Assembly: GCA_965655095.1 (NCBI GenBank)
Contig: OZ296649.1
Location: 29,202,001-29,266,000 of the forward strand
Direction: 5' to 3'
Length of the DNA: 64,000 nucleotides
DNA from: Haplodiscus bocki
Lineage: Eukaryota
In this document: in pieces, positions 59,901 through 64,000 of the stretch
Layout of the letters: each line of letters begins with the position of its first letter
How positions within the stretch are numbered: the stretch's first letter is position 1
Made by a program: the position numbers and the translations under genes
The notes under the pieces: generated by a model
What the model saw: the letters and a program-made list of their open reading frames with translations, nothing else
Databases searched by the model: none
What the model was told of the DNA's origin: nothing

Positions 59901-62900
59901 TGTTGCTTCAACAAACTATCAGAATTGTTCTTATGGTTAGCCTCCTGGTTATCATTGTGGAGTTCCTCTAGGCTGACCTTAAATTTATCTATTTCGACTC
60001 CCCCAGGGTTATCCGTGTGAAAAACTTTTTGATTTCCTCGCGGTTGTCTTTTTCAATTTTTCTATTTTTCCCAGCTCATTTTCTTTGTTACGTATAAATG
60101 CGTTAGATTTTTATCAAAATTTAACACAAAAATATTTATCTTAACAGTATTCATTTCTTCTAGCTTTTCCATTTCATCAATATTCATTCCTTTTTTAAGA
60201 AAAAAAACATCTCTTTCGATTCCTACTAGTTATATTATGTAGATATTCACTCTACCAAAACCATCTCTCAGTGGCTATAATTAACCTCTGATACTCCAAT
60301 TAGCACAATAATTATCTTCAACTTTTTGGTTTTTTTTCGAGTGACTTTTTAGTGGTAATTTTTCATAAGATGCTTTTTTTCCTAATTTCCCTTTTAAGAA
60401 ATTTAATCTCCGTGAAACGTTTTCTATGAATATTCATCTTGTCTTTTCAGTCCAATACTTTCAATGTCACTCTGTAAATCTATTTCAATGATGAGAAATG
60501 AAATGTCTTCATCGATTATTACATATTTAAGAGGAAATTCAGGAAAATTTTCTAAATTTTTCTGTTTCTCCGAAATACCTCATAAGAGGATACGTCCTAA
60601 CTGAAATTAGTTTTGGAGTATCTTCGGGGATTTTTTAACATTTTCACTTAGAAAGGTTAAAAATACTATACTTGTTGAAGTAGGCTAATAAATGAAACTT
60701 TTGTTTCAATAAATTGGTGTTTAGCAGATATTCATTCAGTTTAAATACATTCTCTGGAGTAGACTATATGGAGTGATTTCATTTTTTTCTCAGGTTTTGT
60801 TTTTACGGGCTTCGGTATCTTCATGAGCTGTATTTAATATTGAAATCCAAAAATTGAAAAAAAAATCAAAAAGTTTCTTACTCTCGTTGTAATTTGTTTT
60901 ATTTTTCATTTTTCCAGTTCTCATAAGTATAATTGAAATTTCATGCTACTAGCAATAATTTTACGTAACAGTTCAATCAAACAAACCAGATTGCATTTTG
61001 GTTTTGCCACAGTGCTCACCGTCAGAATTTCCATGGTCCTCAGAGTCTAAATGACACTCATGATCAGTGGTTTTCTATAATTTTTTTAACATGTCTGGGA
61101 TTTAATATTCTATCCCGTAAGGAGTAATTGTTTTCGGATTTTATATGCTTCCGGTAACTAGTCTTTAGAAACTAAATTCCGAGAGTACCATATTGCTTAA
61201 TGATGTTATATTGTATAGCCCTTTGAAAAAAGCACAGATTTCTTTGAAAAAAAACGCTTATGAATACCTGTTACAAAAAAGCGACATCCTGACTTACGTT
61301 TTCACTTTTTTTCCAATTTTCGAACTTTCATCTTTATCAAATGTATGTTCTCCTTTTGATTGATGAGGATCAAAATTATTTACCGTAATCTATAATCTAC
61401 AGTCCTCTTAAGAAGCCTAATGTCTCTAATTCCAGTAAAACTTATCATGATATCCTTTATTTTTCCAAAAGCTCGAGGTTTCTTTGAGTAGTCATGGTTA
61501 TAATCTTTTTTCCTGTCTTCACAAAAGGCCTACAATGTCTATATTGATAATATTCTTTTCCTTCCTCTTAATAACTTCTTCCAAAAGTTTTGATATTTTG
61601 TGTTTGTCCGTAATCAACCCCACTCTATCGCAAAATTTATTTAATTTCTATTCTGCTTATGTTCATATTTACATGAACATTCTGATTAAAAGCTGTTTTA
61701 TTTTTCCTTATTTTGATTGATGACATTTTTCTACTGATAAAATTTTCATACTGAATGGAATAACAAGATTTATTAAACAAATCATTTCCCGTTGACAAAT
61801 ATTCATCAAGTTTTCTATTATTAACAAGACTTTCACAATCATCGGAGTAAGTTCTGGGAAATATTTTGGGTTGATACCTATTTGGGAGTCTTCCTTTATC
61901 GTAATATTGGAATCTAGTTTCAAGAAACTTTTCATACTCACCGATCAACATACGTTTCAGAGGAGGAACAAAATTAACATATTTTTCATGTTTTTCCCTA
62001 ACGATTTAGACTATTTGTTGACAAAATATGTGATTTCACATTTTTGCAAATGTTTTTACATGTGACACAAGAGATAATTTTCATGATTTCTTCAATATAT
62101 TTCGTATGAACTGAATTACACAATGATGTTTCAGTTATTGTTGGACAAATTTCTTTACTTTTTCGATCAAAACCTACTTGTCCGTCCTCATAGTCGCGAA
62201 CCAAAGAAATTGTTTACGGAAAAAAATTTCATTGGGACCAATATGAACTACGTTTTTCTCAGGAATCTTTTCTTTCATTTTTTTTTCGATGGTTTTCATT
62301 GATAATAAGTAATTGATCCATACTTGAAAAAAATGTGTGAATTTTCTTCAGTAACCCGATTTTTACAGTCAATACAAAAAAGTCATGGAACAGTTTCTTG
62401 AGTTTTCATGATAAAGATAAAGAAACATTTCTCATTATGATAAAACTTTGATTTCAACCCATATATTTCCTTTTTTTCTTCACTAGCAAAAAAATTGCAT
62501 CATGAAAAAAACAAAGCTTTTTTCATTTTCAATTGAATCTTCCACAATATGATCTGTAGTTTAAACAAATTGGTTCAACGAATTACCCCTTTTTCGGGAA
62601 AGTTCACGTTTTTTCAAATTTATTATCATTTACAAAATAACAAGTTTCCTAAAAATTCGACTGTTCTTTATATAAAAAACAGCATCAATTTTCTTTCAAC
62701 AGTTGCTACTTTTTTGCAGTACTCCTCTGTTTATTAGTAAATTCTAGGCGAGTGAAGCAAAACCTATTCGCTCCAGGACACGTCAAATGATGTTGTATTT
62801 TACCGTCCACGGCATCCTTCTGCCTTTCATCTCCTTAAAGGTAATTTCCGCGGCACCTTTTTGTCAAATTTACAAACTTTTGTAAAGATACTACGACGAG

Positions 62901-64000
62901 TTCACGATCTATCTGTTTCCAAATTTTTGGCAGTTAAAAAAATTTGCCTAATTATTAGCAATAAAAGTTTCGTTTTTCGGCTTTTCTGGCGAACGAAAAT
63001 TACATTTTTGGATCCTGTTTTTACAGGAAGCTTGAAGATGCTAACGTGTTTGCCTTAATCAAAAGATTGTTATACAAATGAGCAGGTTTTTATGATTCAT
63101 TTTTGCCAAAATATAAGTTAGGCCCAGTTTTGTCAAAAAATGGTCAGAAATTTTTGATTTTTTCCGGAAAAGATTTGACCTTCTGTTGCTCACTGCCCAC
63201 CGTGTTTCATCTCTTTGACGTTCACATTTTACAAACAGCTTTGTAGGGTCCGTTTGTTTGTCATTTAGCTGCACTGGCAACGTCATGAAATAGCTGGGCC
63301 AAAATTTTTGGTGGCCGAAAGTTTTACGCCGCCGAGTTTTTGGGGAAAACAGTTGGAAACGCAGACTTTTTCGGAGAGCAACTGTTACTTTGTTGAACTT
63401 CTCTGGAGCAGAATCTCATGTATGGCATCCCAATGCTAGGTAGGCCATAGAATAAAACACGTAAGTTGCATTTAGTTGATAGCTGGAAGTTTTCAGATTT
63501 TTCCACAAAGTTTTCTCCGAAAAATTTCTGGAAAAAATTGTGTTTTCCCATAAATTTTTGCCAAATGTAGAGTATAGCGCATCCAGCGTGCCTCAAAATG
63601 AAGCCTAACACTTGAATTTGTAAGAAACTTATGCGATGTGTACAAAAGTGGGTTCTGATTATAGTTTTGACTGCGAACGAACTCTTCTCATCGATTTTTT
63701 TGTCGAAAATTTTCAAAACAGAGGTTTCGTTAGGACTTGTCGAATATTCTAAAGACTTTCTTTATTGATTTACAAACGATAGAATTAAACTGGGCTCCGT
63801 GACTGCAACTGAATTGCCTGGAGAAGCAGCGGCGACCCTTTCAGCATACGTTCGGTTTCAGATAGGTGTTCCGGGCAAAGTACTCTTTAGGTGTAGCGCA
63901 ATTTTTTCAACTGTTTTTGCCCTTTGCGATAAATTGACTGTGACTCTTATCACTTGAAGTATTACCCCGAGTGTTGGACTCATAATAACGTCAGCATCTT

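Larger units (their letters stand above)
48826..62750. mobile_element. Right portion of the decayed Polinton/adintovirus-like endogenous viral element
   Basis: Capsid-like remnants on the plus strand and protein-primed PolB remnants on the minus strand in very AT-rich DNA. Termini not identified. Confidence 0.6.

Overview
AT-rich, repeat-dense eukaryotic DNA, most likely from an invertebrate animal; no prokaryotic operons, rRNA, tRNA or CRISPR are recognisable. The main feature is a decayed ~19.8-kb Ty3/Gypsy (Metaviridae-type) LTR element on the minus strand (28981-48825, ~2.36-kb LTRs) organised like a complex enveloped retrovirus. Its gene order is: upstream ORF0; gag with a CCHC knuckle and N/Q/R-rich tail; a -1 frameshift site G_UUA_AAC; pol = protease + TARG1/OARD1-like macrodomain + RT (YIDD) + RNase H + unknown insert + integrase; a ~3-kb cassette of unknown ORFs; a chuvirus-glycoprotein-like env; a Pro/Ser-rich ORF; and, joined to it by a TAATG stop-start, a RING-less TRAF-like coiled-coil+MATH gene. 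The macrodomain and TRAF-like cargo suggest counter-defence against host ADP-ribosylation and innate signalling (inference). The element splits a minor-capsid-like gene of a much older Polinton/adintovirus-like endogenous virus (~26.6-62.7 kb: penton-like paralogs, major capsid, pPolB remnants). The left part has a near-identical 3.7-kb duplication (period 8787 bp), concentric nested repeats, a probable solo LTR, and an intact intronless 813-aa tau/MAP-repeat gene that may lie inside an intron of another gene. All homology calls come from manual translation and motif recognition; no database search was run.
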